Shown here: positions 24,522 to 36,420 of the stretch, piece after piece
How the letters are laid out: every line of letters starts with the position of its first letter
Position numbering within the stretch: position 1 is the first letter of the stretch
NCBI GenBank assembly: GCA_051362555.1
Contig: CM120643.1
Location: 8,494,001 to 8,558,000 of the forward strand
Direction of reading: 5' to 3'
Source: Lingula anatina
Taxonomy: Eukaryota; Animalia; Brachiopoda
DNA: 64,000 nucleotides
Position numbers and translations under genes: made by a program
Notes under the pieces: generated by a model
Seen by the model: the letters and a program-made list of their open reading frames with translations, nothing else
Database searches by the model: none
Told to the model about the DNA's origin: nothing

Positions 24522-27500
24522 ACGTGGTATTGGGTCTGCAAAAGCCATTAACAATAAGAATACTTATATCAGGACCTCAGTAAGCCACAATTTGTTCAGT
24601 TCTCTGCACTGTTCATGTTCCAGATCTGCGAGGAGCTCAACACACCGCTGATACCTCACGTCAAGAAGTGGACAGGACACAGGGGACAGTGGCGCTATCT
24701 GATGTCACATAACTCAGGACAGGTAATACATGGACAGTTGTAAACATTTGCTCATGCAGGGGCGGACGGAAGCTATCTTCTGGGTCTTCTGAAAGACGGT
24801 TAGAACTTTTCAAGTTTACATTGACCGGCGTCTAATTTTTTTTTATGTGGGAAGATGGTCAGAAATGAAGGATATTTCAACAAAGACAATTTCAAATTGG
24901 AAGACTGTCAGAAAATGCCCATGAATCTGCCTATGACATGAGTGCATATGTGGGCACACACATTTATGTACTCACCTACATAGAATTCAATATGCTTTAA
25001 ATTGAGAAATGTGCATGGATAAACTACATCACCAATCAATGTAATTTAATCGGTTGTGTTTTAAGAGCCTTCCTTAATAAAAGCTGGGTGTAGACCCACC
25101 ATGTTGTACGTGGCATACGTGGCCCCGTTACACTGAACTGACTTCTGATTAAAAAAATTGATGAAAAATTTGCTAATTGTCCAGCCTTTGGATCACTTAA
25201 TAACTTAAAAATTTGTGTTGGTTGCATAGTGATGTCATGATGACGGGATCTCTGTTTCAGAAAATGATCTTGTTTAAAAATTGGTGTTCATTTTCAGGAT
25301 AAATGTGTGAAAATATCGAAAAGTCTATCAGATGGAAACAAACTGTAAACAATGAAGTGAAATGGACCCCATGTTCTCATTCTGTGAAGTACTGTTCATT
25401 TATTAGGTGTCAAAATGAACTGAAATTATTTTATCCTTTAAAAAGGGACCTCTGAACTTGGTCAATTTAATCTTTGTCTAGATATTGAGGTTAAGGAAAA
25501 TTACGTAGCTTCCTCGCAGACTCCTCATAATAGAAGCCGCAGGTAGAAATCATAAGAAAATCTTTCTGACAGCTTCAAACAGTCACTCATTGGGATGAAA
25601 ATTGACTTCCCGCTGGTAAGTTAGAACAAGTCATAGCACGAAACTGTTGACACCTTGCTGTTGCTTTGTGTTGTTCATGTTGGTTGGTCATATTGATGGC
25701 GATACTCGTGTTACAAATTTCTTTGGTTGCAGACAAAGAGAATAGAATATGGCAGCTCGATTGTTGTTAGAGTTGACAGTCAGAAATTGAATTATAAGAT
25801 AAAAAAATAATCAGGAGCATAACTCAAAAAATATTCAGATGGAAAATTGGCAAAATAGGAAAAAGGAGAAGATTTGCTGTTTTTGTGGCAATTGCTAACC
25901 TTCAGGTAGATTTTACAAAGGGAAATAATATAAATTGCATAAGTGGCATTATACAAAAGGTGGGGCATGATCTATTTGTAATGGTTTATGGAGATTATGA
26001 GATTGAATCGTGACATCCATACTGCTCTGCTTGTTTTCATTTGTCAGGAATTCCCTTAGCAGTGCAGTAACAGAAATTAAAGATATTTAAAAGATGCTTT
26101 GAGGAGAAAAAAAGATATATATGAAAACACTGAAAATTTGCGTTCATATTATCCATAATTTAAAAGCATTGGAACCAATAATGTTAAAAAAAATAGAATT
26201 AGTATGTGTGTATTTTATAAGAATAAATTTATTAAAAGGGTAATATTCTGACTGCATCTTACATTTCAAGGGTAGAGTAAAATCACATGTGGGATTAAGT
26301 TTGCTATGTTTTTCTAGTATATTTATTTTTCATTTTTTCATGTATCTGCCTACATTTTCTATTTTGACAGGATGAAGAGTACCTGGGCTTTATATATGAT
26401 GCTAGTCAAGAGATTGAAGTAGTCAGATCCTCACTCGTGCAAACTGGAAACTCTGCGGCCTGCCCATTCATGGTACATTTTAAGGTATGTACCGGAGCTT
26501 GCACACACACACACGCGCACGCATGCACACATACACACTGAAAGAAGGACGTATTCTAGAAAAAAAATATCATAACTGGTGTGCATAAGTTACCTGCCAC
26601 TGTTTTCAGTACCTCCGATTTTATCAGAATTTATTGTATTTTAGAACAAGACGATGAGAATAACAAAATTATTTATTGGATGTCATTTTATTTCAACACA
26701 ATCCATACTTTATGAATACCAGTATATAAGAGAAAACATGTAACCACCATGACAAATCCATTATATATATTTTATGTGTAGTTTTGCCAATTTTTAAGAA
26801 TATATTGTTCAGCATTTCAAAGCCTAACTATTGACCATCTAACAGCTGTCAAGAGCAGAGCGATGATTTTTGCAACTTGTGTTCAATTTACACACAAGTT
26901 AATGTGCCAGTGAACGTCTTGACACGTGTATTGGAACTGGCACTCTGTTGTATAAAAATTTACAACTCGACCAGGTTGGCTAACTGACTGACTCATTGCA
27001 GTTTAAGTGGGAAGATATTGACTGGTTTGAAATGAAATAGTTATGTGCTTTCAGAGCCTGGCAGATGTCACTAATGGATGAATACCATGTTCTGAATGTT
27101 TTGTGGTTTTGTGTTTTGTTGTGCATTAAAATTAATCTAATTGTGTGGCTTAATTATTTTCCTTTTTGAGCAAAAAGAGGAAGTAAGCTTTGATGCTGTA
27201 ATTCATTTATTGAATATCATTTTTTGTGTGTATGTATGTGTATTAAAAGCTATGGGCTGTATTTAAATGTAAAGAAAGTTGAAAGGGTATATATAATAGT
27301 AAATGTAAACAAATATCCACCCATATTTTTTTAACATGATATCTGCCTAGGTCTGATAGTGAAAACTATTAACTTATGGGCATCCATAGACCGAAGTTGA
27401 AGATATTTAGCACTTGTTTCCCATTTGGCAGTGCTAATGTGCGAGTAATGCTTGAAGTAGCGATATTACTTGTGTTTAGTCTCACATTACAGCGGTTAAC

Positions 27501-30500
27501 CCTGTTTGCTGGGGAAACTAGTCTCTGGCAGAGTGCTGTGGTATGAAGGCACTAATGGGTATCTGTGGAGATGAGATAGGCAGAAATGCAATTATGATAC
27601 TAGTGGAAAAGTACATTTGAGATCAATGCATTGGCTTTTTTTATATCTTGATCATGTTTGTAATCTTCTGAGACCAAATGACATTTATGGGGGAGGTTCA
27701 TTGAACTTTGCATTATTCTTGCTTGTGGAGGTTTTCAGTGTGAAAAATGTATGCTGAGTACTTTTATCTCGGAGGATAAAAATCTGGAGATCTGGGGCCA
27801 AAATACTAACTTTTAAAAAATTTCATCAAAAATGAAACTAAAAGAATACATAGGTTCACCCTTCTGAGAAATTGACAGATCCACAGCCTTTTTCATTAAA
27901 AATTATACATACTTTGCTGCTGTAACTTTGTTTCACATAACTTTGTTTTTTTATGTACAGACACAGATGTGTCTGTACATATTGCCATCACCTGCGTCTG
28001 TCGTCGCCGTCGCCGATGGCGATGCCGATGCCGATGCCGTCGCCGTGCACTTTCCTTGTAAACACGATAAGTGGAAGGCAGTTTTACTTTTTGGCTTTAT
28101 ATTTACAGAGCTGATGAATATTCATAAAACGCAGGTCAAGTTCGAAAATCAGCATGATCGGGCCATTATTGTAGAAGTTATGCTGTTTTTTCACTTTTCA
28201 GCATATATGCAACCTTGTAAACACATTTTAAGGAAAACCGTTAGGCCTGTTGTCATGACACTCACAGGAATAATCAATCTTACTAAAACGCAGGTCAAGT
28301 TCGAAAATCAGCATAATTGGGGCATTATTTTAGAAGTTATGCTGTTTTTTCACATTTCCTCAGATTTCCTCAGATTTAATTCTTAGGCATGTTAATAGCC
28401 TTATTATTTAAGTAATAAGATACGTAAAAGTGTTTGTTTGACATTTCCTGCATCTTTACAACATTGTTAGTTGATTATATAAAAATGATGGTAAACTTGT
28501 TATCGTGTATTGTGTAATAAAGTGTCAAAAATGGAAATAAACTCATATCATTGCAATTTGTCAGATTCAATCATTCGCTATGTTCAGAATCTCAGAATGG
28601 AAGAAATTGGACATTTAACACTGTTCTATTGATATTTTTCACATCTCATCAATTTTCTTAGTTGATCTTATAAAAATGGCAGTAACCTATTAATTTTGTT
28701 TTTATGTTAAAAAAGTGTTAAAAATGGAAATAAACCCATTTCAGAACAGTGCAGTCTTGTTTACATTTTGGCATTTTGAAGGTGTGACTTTGAAGTTCCA
28801 TCGGCCTAAAAACCTTTGTTAGTCACGTTTACTATTTGTCCATGATACTAATATTTTATTATTAAAAATTGATGATCATTATGCTGTTAAACATTATGTA
28901 ATATTGCATCAAAATTTGAAAAAAACCTATTTTGGGCACTGCTCCCATGATGACCATTTAAGAAAAACCATGTCACTAACTGTTCTCAAACAGTACAGTT
29001 AATGTGTACAGATGTGTCTGTACATATTGCCATCACCTGCGTCTGTCGTCGCCGTCGTTGCCGTCACTGTCGCTGTCGCCGGCGCCATGCACTTTCATTG
29101 TAAACACGATAAGTGGAAGGCAGTTTTACTTTTTGGCTGTATATTTACAGAGCTGAAGAATATTCATAAAATGCAGGTCAAGTTCGAAAATCGGCATGAT
29201 CGGGCCACTATTTTAGTAGTTATGCTTTTTTTTTCACTTTTCAGCACCTATGCAACACTGTAAACACAATATAAGAAAAACAGATAGGCCAATTGTCATT
29301 AAACTCACAGGAGTGGTCATTCCTGCTAAAACGCAGGTTGAGTTAAAAAATCAGCATAATCGGGCCATTATTTTAAAGAAATGCAGTTTTTTCACATTTC
29401 CTCAGATTTAATTCTTAGGCATGTAAACAGTTTCATTATTGAACTAATAAGATACGTAAAAGTGTTTGTTTGGCATTTCCTGCAATTTTACAACATTATT
29501 AGTTGATTATGTAAAAATGATGGTAAACTTGTTATCGTGTATTGTGTAATAAAGTTTCAAAAATGGAAATAAACTCATATCATTGCAGTTTGTCAGATTC
29601 AATCATTCACTATGTTCAGAATCTCAGAATGGAAGAGATTGGACATTTAACACTGCTCTGTTGATATTTTTCCCATCTCATCAATTTTCTTAGTTTATCA
29701 TATAAAAAACGGCAGAAAACTGATAATTTTGTTTTATGTTAAAAATTGTTAAAAATGGAAAAAAAAACATTTCAGAACAGTGCTGTCTCGTTTACATTTT
29801 GGTTCCATGGGCCTGAAGACCTTTGCTAGTCACATTTTCTGAATATCCATAATTCTAATATTTTATTATTAAAGTTGATGGTCATTATGCTGTTAAACAT
29901 TATGTAATATTGCATCAAAATTTGAAAAAAAAAAAAACTATTTTGGGCACTGCTCCCATGATGACCATTTAAGAAAAACCATGTCATTTACTGTTCTCAA
30001 ACTTACAGGAAAGAAACATGGGACTAAAATACAGCTTCAGTAGGAAATACAGTCTGTTTGGTAATTCTTGCTGCCAGTAAACAGTTATTTTGTGAAAATT
30101 TAATTTTTCACATATTGGCATTTTCAAGGTGTGACTTTGAAGTTCCACGGGCTTGAAGACCCATGCTAGTCACATTTTCTGAAAATCCATGATACGTATA
30201 TTTTATTATTAAAATTGAGTTATTATGCTGTTAACCATTATGTAATATTGCATCAGAATAGAAGAAAACACAATTTTGGGTGCTGCTGCCATGATGACCA
30301 TTATGGGAAAACCATGTTACTTATGATTGCCAAACTTTCAAAAAAGAAATACAGGACTAAAATGCAGTCTGAGTTGGAAAAGCAGTCTAAGGAACTTCTT
30401 TTTCTGGAAGTTATACATTTTCAAAGTGTAAACTTGTCACATATTTTAATTACATTGGTATTACCTGTTGAGGATAATTAAAATTTGATGTTGAATTTTC

Positions 30501-31958
30501 AGTTTAACATAATGTATTTTTGCATCAGAATTGACAGTAGCCTATTTTGTGCATAGTTATTTCCTGTTTTTTGTCTGTACATTTGACAGCTTTGCTGCCT
30601 TGTTTTTCTTGTAGGTAAAGCAGCATCCCCTGGTGTCCGTTAATGTCCACAATCCCTGCTCAACAGACCAGACGAGATTACACTCTGAGATTATGTCTAC
30701 TTTGCCATCTATCCTGGAAACACTGGAACAAAAGTCCCCTGGAACAAAGGATGTCATAATACTGGGGAATTTTAATCTGGGACCTGGTGCTAAAGGTATA
30801 GGGGATCTTCATTACGTAATTTTTTATTACTACGGCGTATAATTCTTGTCTAATTCATGGTGAGGTGGTCATGTATTTATTTTACATACATGGAAAGTTG
30901 TTAATAAAAAAATTAAAATTCTGACAATTACGACACTAAAAAATTTGGAAAAAAATATGTTGGAAGATGCTGATGTGAAATTAAAGGTGTAAATGGGCTC
31001 AAATTTATGTTTTCTCCTCTTTTTTTCCAAGCCAAATTTTTTTCAAGTGTTTTTTTTCAAGTTGGAAAATTTTTTTTTTTTAGTCAAAATCCACTATCAT
31101 CACCATTTGGAGAAAGTTCATACACAGATGCTAGCATTGGATTGTATATATAGAATTCAGCAGAAAATCAGGGTATCTGACAAATATCAATATGAATTGG
31201 ATTTCAGAATTCTCCTTGTTAAAAGACAATGGATATGTCCACACAGTGGCAGAGGGGTGCTTCACTGATATCAGCCTGGAGAACATGGCAGGTGCTGCCA
31301 CCTGTGACAACATCTGGCTCAGCAAGCAGGCACAGGCTGGCTACACAGGTGAGAAGATGAATCATCTTTTTTGGTATTTGGGGAATGCAGGAGGGGGTGG
31401 ATGTAAAGTAGAGGTCCTCCCCCCCCCATGGCCCCTGCCTCTGCCCACCCCTATACTTCTCTAGAAAGGTGTTTTGGTGTGCAGATATAGCTGGAAGTAG
31501 CACAAAAATTTATGCATTAGAGCTCCAATTGTCGGCCAGTATATATCAGAACTGTCAATAGGAGTGTTATGGCATGAATTTTCATGCTAACTGGAAGTTG
31601 AGACAATTTCTTTTGAACCCTAGTGCTCTAAATAATATTAGATCTACTGGTACTATAGTCGCTGTGCTCATTTTATTTGGAACGTGAAAGAAAACTCCAA
31701 ACGAGAAAGATATCAAAATTATATGTATATGAAGAGAGGCACAACCAATTTGGTTAATTTATATGATTTTAGATGTATAAACAAGTGTCTTTTCTCTCCA
31801 CAGGTCACTCTAAGGTGGTCAGAGAGGGTTTGACCAGTGTCTGGATCCCGAATGGCTGGACCTGGGGCGGCCTTGCCACTGACCACTGTCCAGTCTGGGC
31901 AGAATTTTATACAGACAGTAGTGTGGGTCTGGAAGATGTAGATTTGATAGAGAGATGA
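17238..31958 (+). CDS. EEPD1: EEPD1 paralog A (HhH/ComEA-like domains plus an EEP domain with degenerate catalytic motifs), 595 aa
   Basis: Coding exons 17238-18283, 24303-24354, 24624-24722, 26371-26484, 30615-30795, 31208-31348, 31804-31958; all GT-AG and in frame. Motifs: MGGC N-terminus, LNVNMATEEELMTLPGI and NINTANVFQLMRVHGI (HhH), NPGVREVICMTILENG, VVREGLT..WIP..W.WGG..TDHCPVWAEFY. A likely non-coding acceptor lies at 16553. Confidence 0.92.
18263..18925 (+). repeat. 32-bp minisatellite (about 21 copies) made of the exon end plus the 5' splice site of EEPD1-A
   Basis: Unit TATGACTATACTGGAGAATGG|GTATGTTATGC; the first copy is the real exon/intron junction. Confidence 0.95.
20038..20303. 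mobile_element. Tc1/mariner-like MITE
   Basis: CAGTAATTACTCGATCTTTTCAATGGG pairs with CCCATTGAAAAAGATTGAGTCATTACC; same family as 10605 and 37648. Confidence 0.6.
20343..20568. mobile_element. Harbinger-like MITE, same family as 97-315
   Basis: Interior highly similar to 97-315; TTA TSD. Confidence 0.75.
22484..22536. repeat. (TTTC)n microsatellite
   Basis: Direct inspection. Confidence 0.9.
24757..24935. mobile_element. MITE of the CAGGGGCGGATTTAGG...GATCCGCCCCTG family (degenerate)
   Basis: Similar to copies at 34339, 48554, 50168 and 52574. Confidence 0.7.
27953..30604 (+). mobile_element. Helentron-derived HINE/DINE-like non-autonomous element with an internal duplication of about 1 kb
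   Basis: T-rich insertion site, 5' hairpin ATGTACAGACACA-GA-TGTGTCTGTACAT, (GTCGCC)n microsatellite, central repeats, 3' end TGTCTGTACATTTGACAGCTTTGCTGCCTTGTT. The same ends occur at 51162-52899. Confidence 0.7.
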
Positions 31959-34131
31959 TGAGGAGGAGGATCATCAGGAGGAGGATCATGAGGATGGCCA
32001 GTCACCAAAAGATTTTCAATGACAACAGCCTATTCATGGCTGAATTTCACTTGGACAGAAGAGTTGGACTTTGAGGATCCAAAATTGATGACCACTGACC
32101 GATCAAGGTCGAGATCTACGTGGACAGAAAAACTGGACTTTCAGGATCCAAAATTGCTGGTTGCTGTAAAATTGTCGCCAACTACTGTCCAATATTGAAT
32201 GAGGAATTTACAACCTTGGACCTTGAAGTTTTAGATGGCATAAATATATTTTGCACTGAAATGTTGTTTTTAGTTTGACTGACTGTATTGCTGTATTTAG
32301 CCTCTAAAACTATATATATATATATATATAAAGAGAGATGATGGAGTCATACTAGTGCCATTTTGGTTTTAAACAGATGACACTCTTTTCACAAAATTCT
32401 GTCATGATTTCTTCAAAAATTGAGCAAATAAACCAAAAACATCGAAAAAATATTATTTTGGGCACTTGTTGAAATTTTGGTACAATATAATGGTATGAGC
32501 CTGGAAACCAATTTAAAAGACACTTGTTAGATACAACATACATTTAACATTACTTAAACTGTTTTATACTTAAAAGCAACAGTGGTAGATTTAGCACCAC
32601 AGTAAGTAAAAACTTATTTATTTCAGACAAAAATAATTTTTAAGGTACATTTCTCCAAGGCATTATTTTCTTAGTAATTCAGAAAAAAAGCTGAATCATA
32701 ATTTCTGAAAGTGTGTATGATTTTGTGAGTAACAAAGAGGTCAAATAACGGAAAGCTAAAGCACTGGAGTTCGTGTAAAATTTGGATTTAAATTCCATGT
32801 ATGTCTTGGTTAACATGCAGTTGAAAGGCTAAATACCAGACTAGGTTTGAATTCAGGAGGTCAGTGTTTGTGAAGGATTAGACTTATATATTAGATTTAA
32901 ATTTGCTAGTGGCCCATGTCAGGAAGTCACTGTTAGTTAAAGATAGAAGTCTAGTATTTAGATAGCCATTTGCTAGAATTACCCGTGCAATGAGAAGCCA
33001 TAAGCTAAGGAAGCTGGACCCTGGTCATCTATATCTGTCAGTATGCCATGGGACTTATTGTCAAGTGCTAAGTGAAAAGTAATGTCAGGGAATTTTATCT
33101 ACAGTGCGCAACTAGGGTCTGAAGAATGTTTTTTTATGAAGGCCAGTGTTTCTTTAATAAGCTTTGGAATAACACTAATTTAATTGCCTGTGAAGAAAAA
33201 AGCCAGAAAGAGTTGTTTCTTAATGAAGTTTCTCTTATTGTATGGTTGAATCCCATTTGTCTTTGTGCAACTATGTGATTATTTGCCCACCTTTAAAACT
33301 TCATTGCAGAAAGCAATATTGAAGTCATCAGCAATACTCATTAGATTAACTGGTACAGCACAGTTATTGAGAGAAGCTGGGAGAGTGAGTAAAAAGGAAA
33401 TATCTACTGTTGTTCATGCTGCACCATGCTACTCGTGTATTAGAAAACTTTTTGACATAACATACCATGATGGTATGTTTAGTTTGATCATTATACATAA
33501 TTTAATACAAAGAAAGAAAACATTTGTGTATGTGTTTGTTCAACACCCACCATGCTTTTAGTGCCTTTGCATGATTTACTTTTTTTTGCTACAATTCTCA
33601 AGATTTTTATCCATTTTCTTGCTGAACTTTGATCTGTATTGATTGAAAAACAAATGGCATGGGTCCACTCTGTAGGAAACTCAAAATATTAAAATATTTA
33701 AAATAAGGTATATTTTTAATTTTTGTAGAAAATGATGGATCTGACATGTTTGTTGATTAGTTCCATGTAGCTTTGTATCTTAATGAGAATTATACACGTA
33801 TAAAGCACAATTATTGGTCGTATATTGTTATTATTTATCAATTTAAGCAACAACAATGCAACTTTGTTCAAACTAGATACCTTCAGAATCAACATATTCA
33901 CACTGGAATAGGTTTTTATTGGGTGCTACTTGTATAAATAGTTTTAAGTCAGCTTCTTTACCAATGCAAATGCTCAGTTTAGAATGACACTTTCCAAAAT
34001 ATACTGTCCCAAAAGGCTACAATTTCTGTCATTCTACATATGTCTGTTGGCTTTTAATAAAGAAGGTTCTAACAGATTGTGAAAAGAAGCTTCAGACTGA
34101 AGTCATGTTGATGTAAGGCATTGATATTTTA

Positions 34132-34566
34132 GAGGCCATTCAGAACGAGTTGGTCTGGAGACTAACAGATCCGTGGATCAAATATGGCCAACTGCATTGG
34201 TCTCCCCGCCCCCCCACACGCGCCGTCCCCGCAGGGGTCTAGCAATTAAACCCTGGAGATGTGATTCAATCCATTTAAAGGAGTGTGCATAGGGGGAGAA
34301 AACGGCAAATGAGTTGGCTCTGCTTTTATGTGGGTCAGCAGGGGTGGATTTAGGCCTTCTTTTGGGTCTTCCAGAAGACAGTCAGATTTTAAAGTTTACA
34401 TTGACGGGAATCTAATTTTTTCTGTCGGAAGACGGTCAAAATGGAGGATGGACCGACGAAGATAATTTGGAAGACTGTCAGAAAATAGCTCTAGATCCGC
34501 CCCTGGTCAGCCCTATTTGATAGGTGGATCTGCTAGTCCACAGATCGCCTCGTTCTGAATGCCCTC
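34132..34566. mobile_element. MITE with a nested second MITE at 34339-34505
   Basis: Outer TIR GAGGCCATTCAGAACGAG/CTCGTTCTGAATGCCCTC. Inner element CAGGGG...CCCCTG is flanked by a GTCAG 5-bp TSD. Confidence 0.8.
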
Positions 34567-35539
34567 GTACACTAGTACTGTCCTAGAAGATTTTTAAAGA
34601 TGAGCCTCCTATTGAGGTTGTTGATGTAAGGCAGTGGTTGGTTACCCTGTACAGGTATTAGGTCATTTATTTTCTGTGACAATTCCTAGATTTACTAATT
34701 AGAGGAGATGTTATTTGACAATGATGACAACAGTGATGCACACTAGATGAAACATTTACTGCTGTGGAAAAATTTCTGTGACAGTTGTATGTGTTGCATC
34801 TTTTTCAGTACAGAGAGAGAAAAAACACTTTCTTGCCACTAAGGACTAGTTGGAAGATAGCACTTAGTGAAATTTGTCATTTGAAAATGATGCTGATGTT
34901 ATCAAAGCCTTACTTCTTATAAAGAAACAAATTACATATTAGAAAATAAACGTATTGATAGACATGCCATTGCCCACCAAATGTTTTCATGCATCACTAA
35001 TGTCAACAGAGTATTAGTAGTGGTAGTAGTAGTAGTAGTAGTAGTAGGGGAGAGTAAGTTCTGTTGTCAGGGTTCGAAAAGCACTTTTTAGTGTTCAGCA
35101 ATGGGCTGATCGTAGAATTTGACAGAAATAATAGCTACAGAATTATCGCTGTTCAAAATGTAAAAAGCGCTATAAGTAGACCTGTTCACAAGATTTATTA
35201 AGATTTATTAAGAAGACTGCAATAAAAAGACTGTTTGTATGTGGTTAACCTCTCACATTGCCATGTATTAGGGCTGATTCAATGCACATATGTCCTGTAT
35301 TGAAAATAAATGATTTTACAATGATATTTGTATTTGAAAAATATTTTTCAAGCATTAATATGGACCATTTTCAATTTTCTTCACTGGCCATGATAATGTT
35401 GAACTAAGATCAAACATATTTAAATTTATACTATTTCTAAAACGTCATTCAATATTTTCAAAAAGAGAAAATTTTGAAATCATAAAAATGAATCGATAGT
35501 CATACATGCAGAAAACTAGTGGGGATTCGGCTTGTCTTG

Positions 35540-35612
35540 GCGTTCTATGAAGTTCCGGAAGTTAGTTTTTATCCATAATAAGGCGGGTGTGGTGAATTCC
35601 CTAGTAAAAACG
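35540..35612 (+). promoter_or_regulatory. Probable promoter and first non-coding exon of EEPD1-B
   Basis: Local CpG enrichment, ETS motif CCGGAAGT (35555-35562), GC-box-like AGGCGGG, donor CG|GTATGT at 35612/35613 and matching acceptor TTGCAG ending 36158. Confidence 0.5.
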
Positions 35613-36420
35613 GTATGTTTGTAAAGAAATGTACTGCCTGTTCATGGCCTCTCATGATTTAAAAACCACTCATTAGTGTGAATCAACATTATGTGCAGAA
35701 TTTCACCATGTTTGATAACTTTTAAAACAAGTTGTAATTCCATGAAGCAATTAAGGGGTATTATTTTGGCCGGCCGGCGACTAACTCTGTCAAATCTAAA
35801 GTAACTAATACTCTACTGCTTCTTTGTTTGTTATATTTGAATTTTTTTATAAATTTTATGACAAGAATCCACGATCAATTTCATTTTATCAGCTTTACCT
35901 AACATCTGATTACTACTTAATAGACTTTGATGTAGATAAATTCTTTATGCATGTATCATTGTACTGTATTTAACATTTAAATGATCCTTTTTAAACCCTT
36001 ATCATATCACTTGTGATGGTTGTGTGTTCTGTCTGACTAGATAATCATGTTGTGGCTAAATTGAAACGACTCCAACTTAAATGCCAAAGTCGATCACATA
36101 AAACATAAAACATATGGTTACTTTTGAAAATACCTTATACTCCTATTCATAATTGCAGGTTTGGACTTATCAGCTGCGTCCATCTCCCACACTTAGCCAG
36201 CAAGATATATTACTCACCGGCCTGACTGAGGCCATTAAAATTGGCCACTGGTTACTAATTGTATTTTATATGAGTGTGCCGAGTATCTGATTATAATTTT
36301 CCCAGTCACACATACACTCTTATATAGTAACTGATTGGGTTGAAAAAATCTTGAGCTCTTTCATGGTCAGCGCATAAAAGATATTTGTCTCAAAATTTTG
36401 GTTACTAAGACCTTGCAAAA

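Noticed and set aside
27928-29263. Repeated ORFs with QVKFENQH motifs
   Set aside because: Translation of the HINE microsatellite and tandem units, not a gene.
31956-31961. TGA TGA as a possible readthrough or selenocysteine site in EEPD1-A
   Set aside because: Double stop after the complete domain, with no SECIS or readthrough context recognised.
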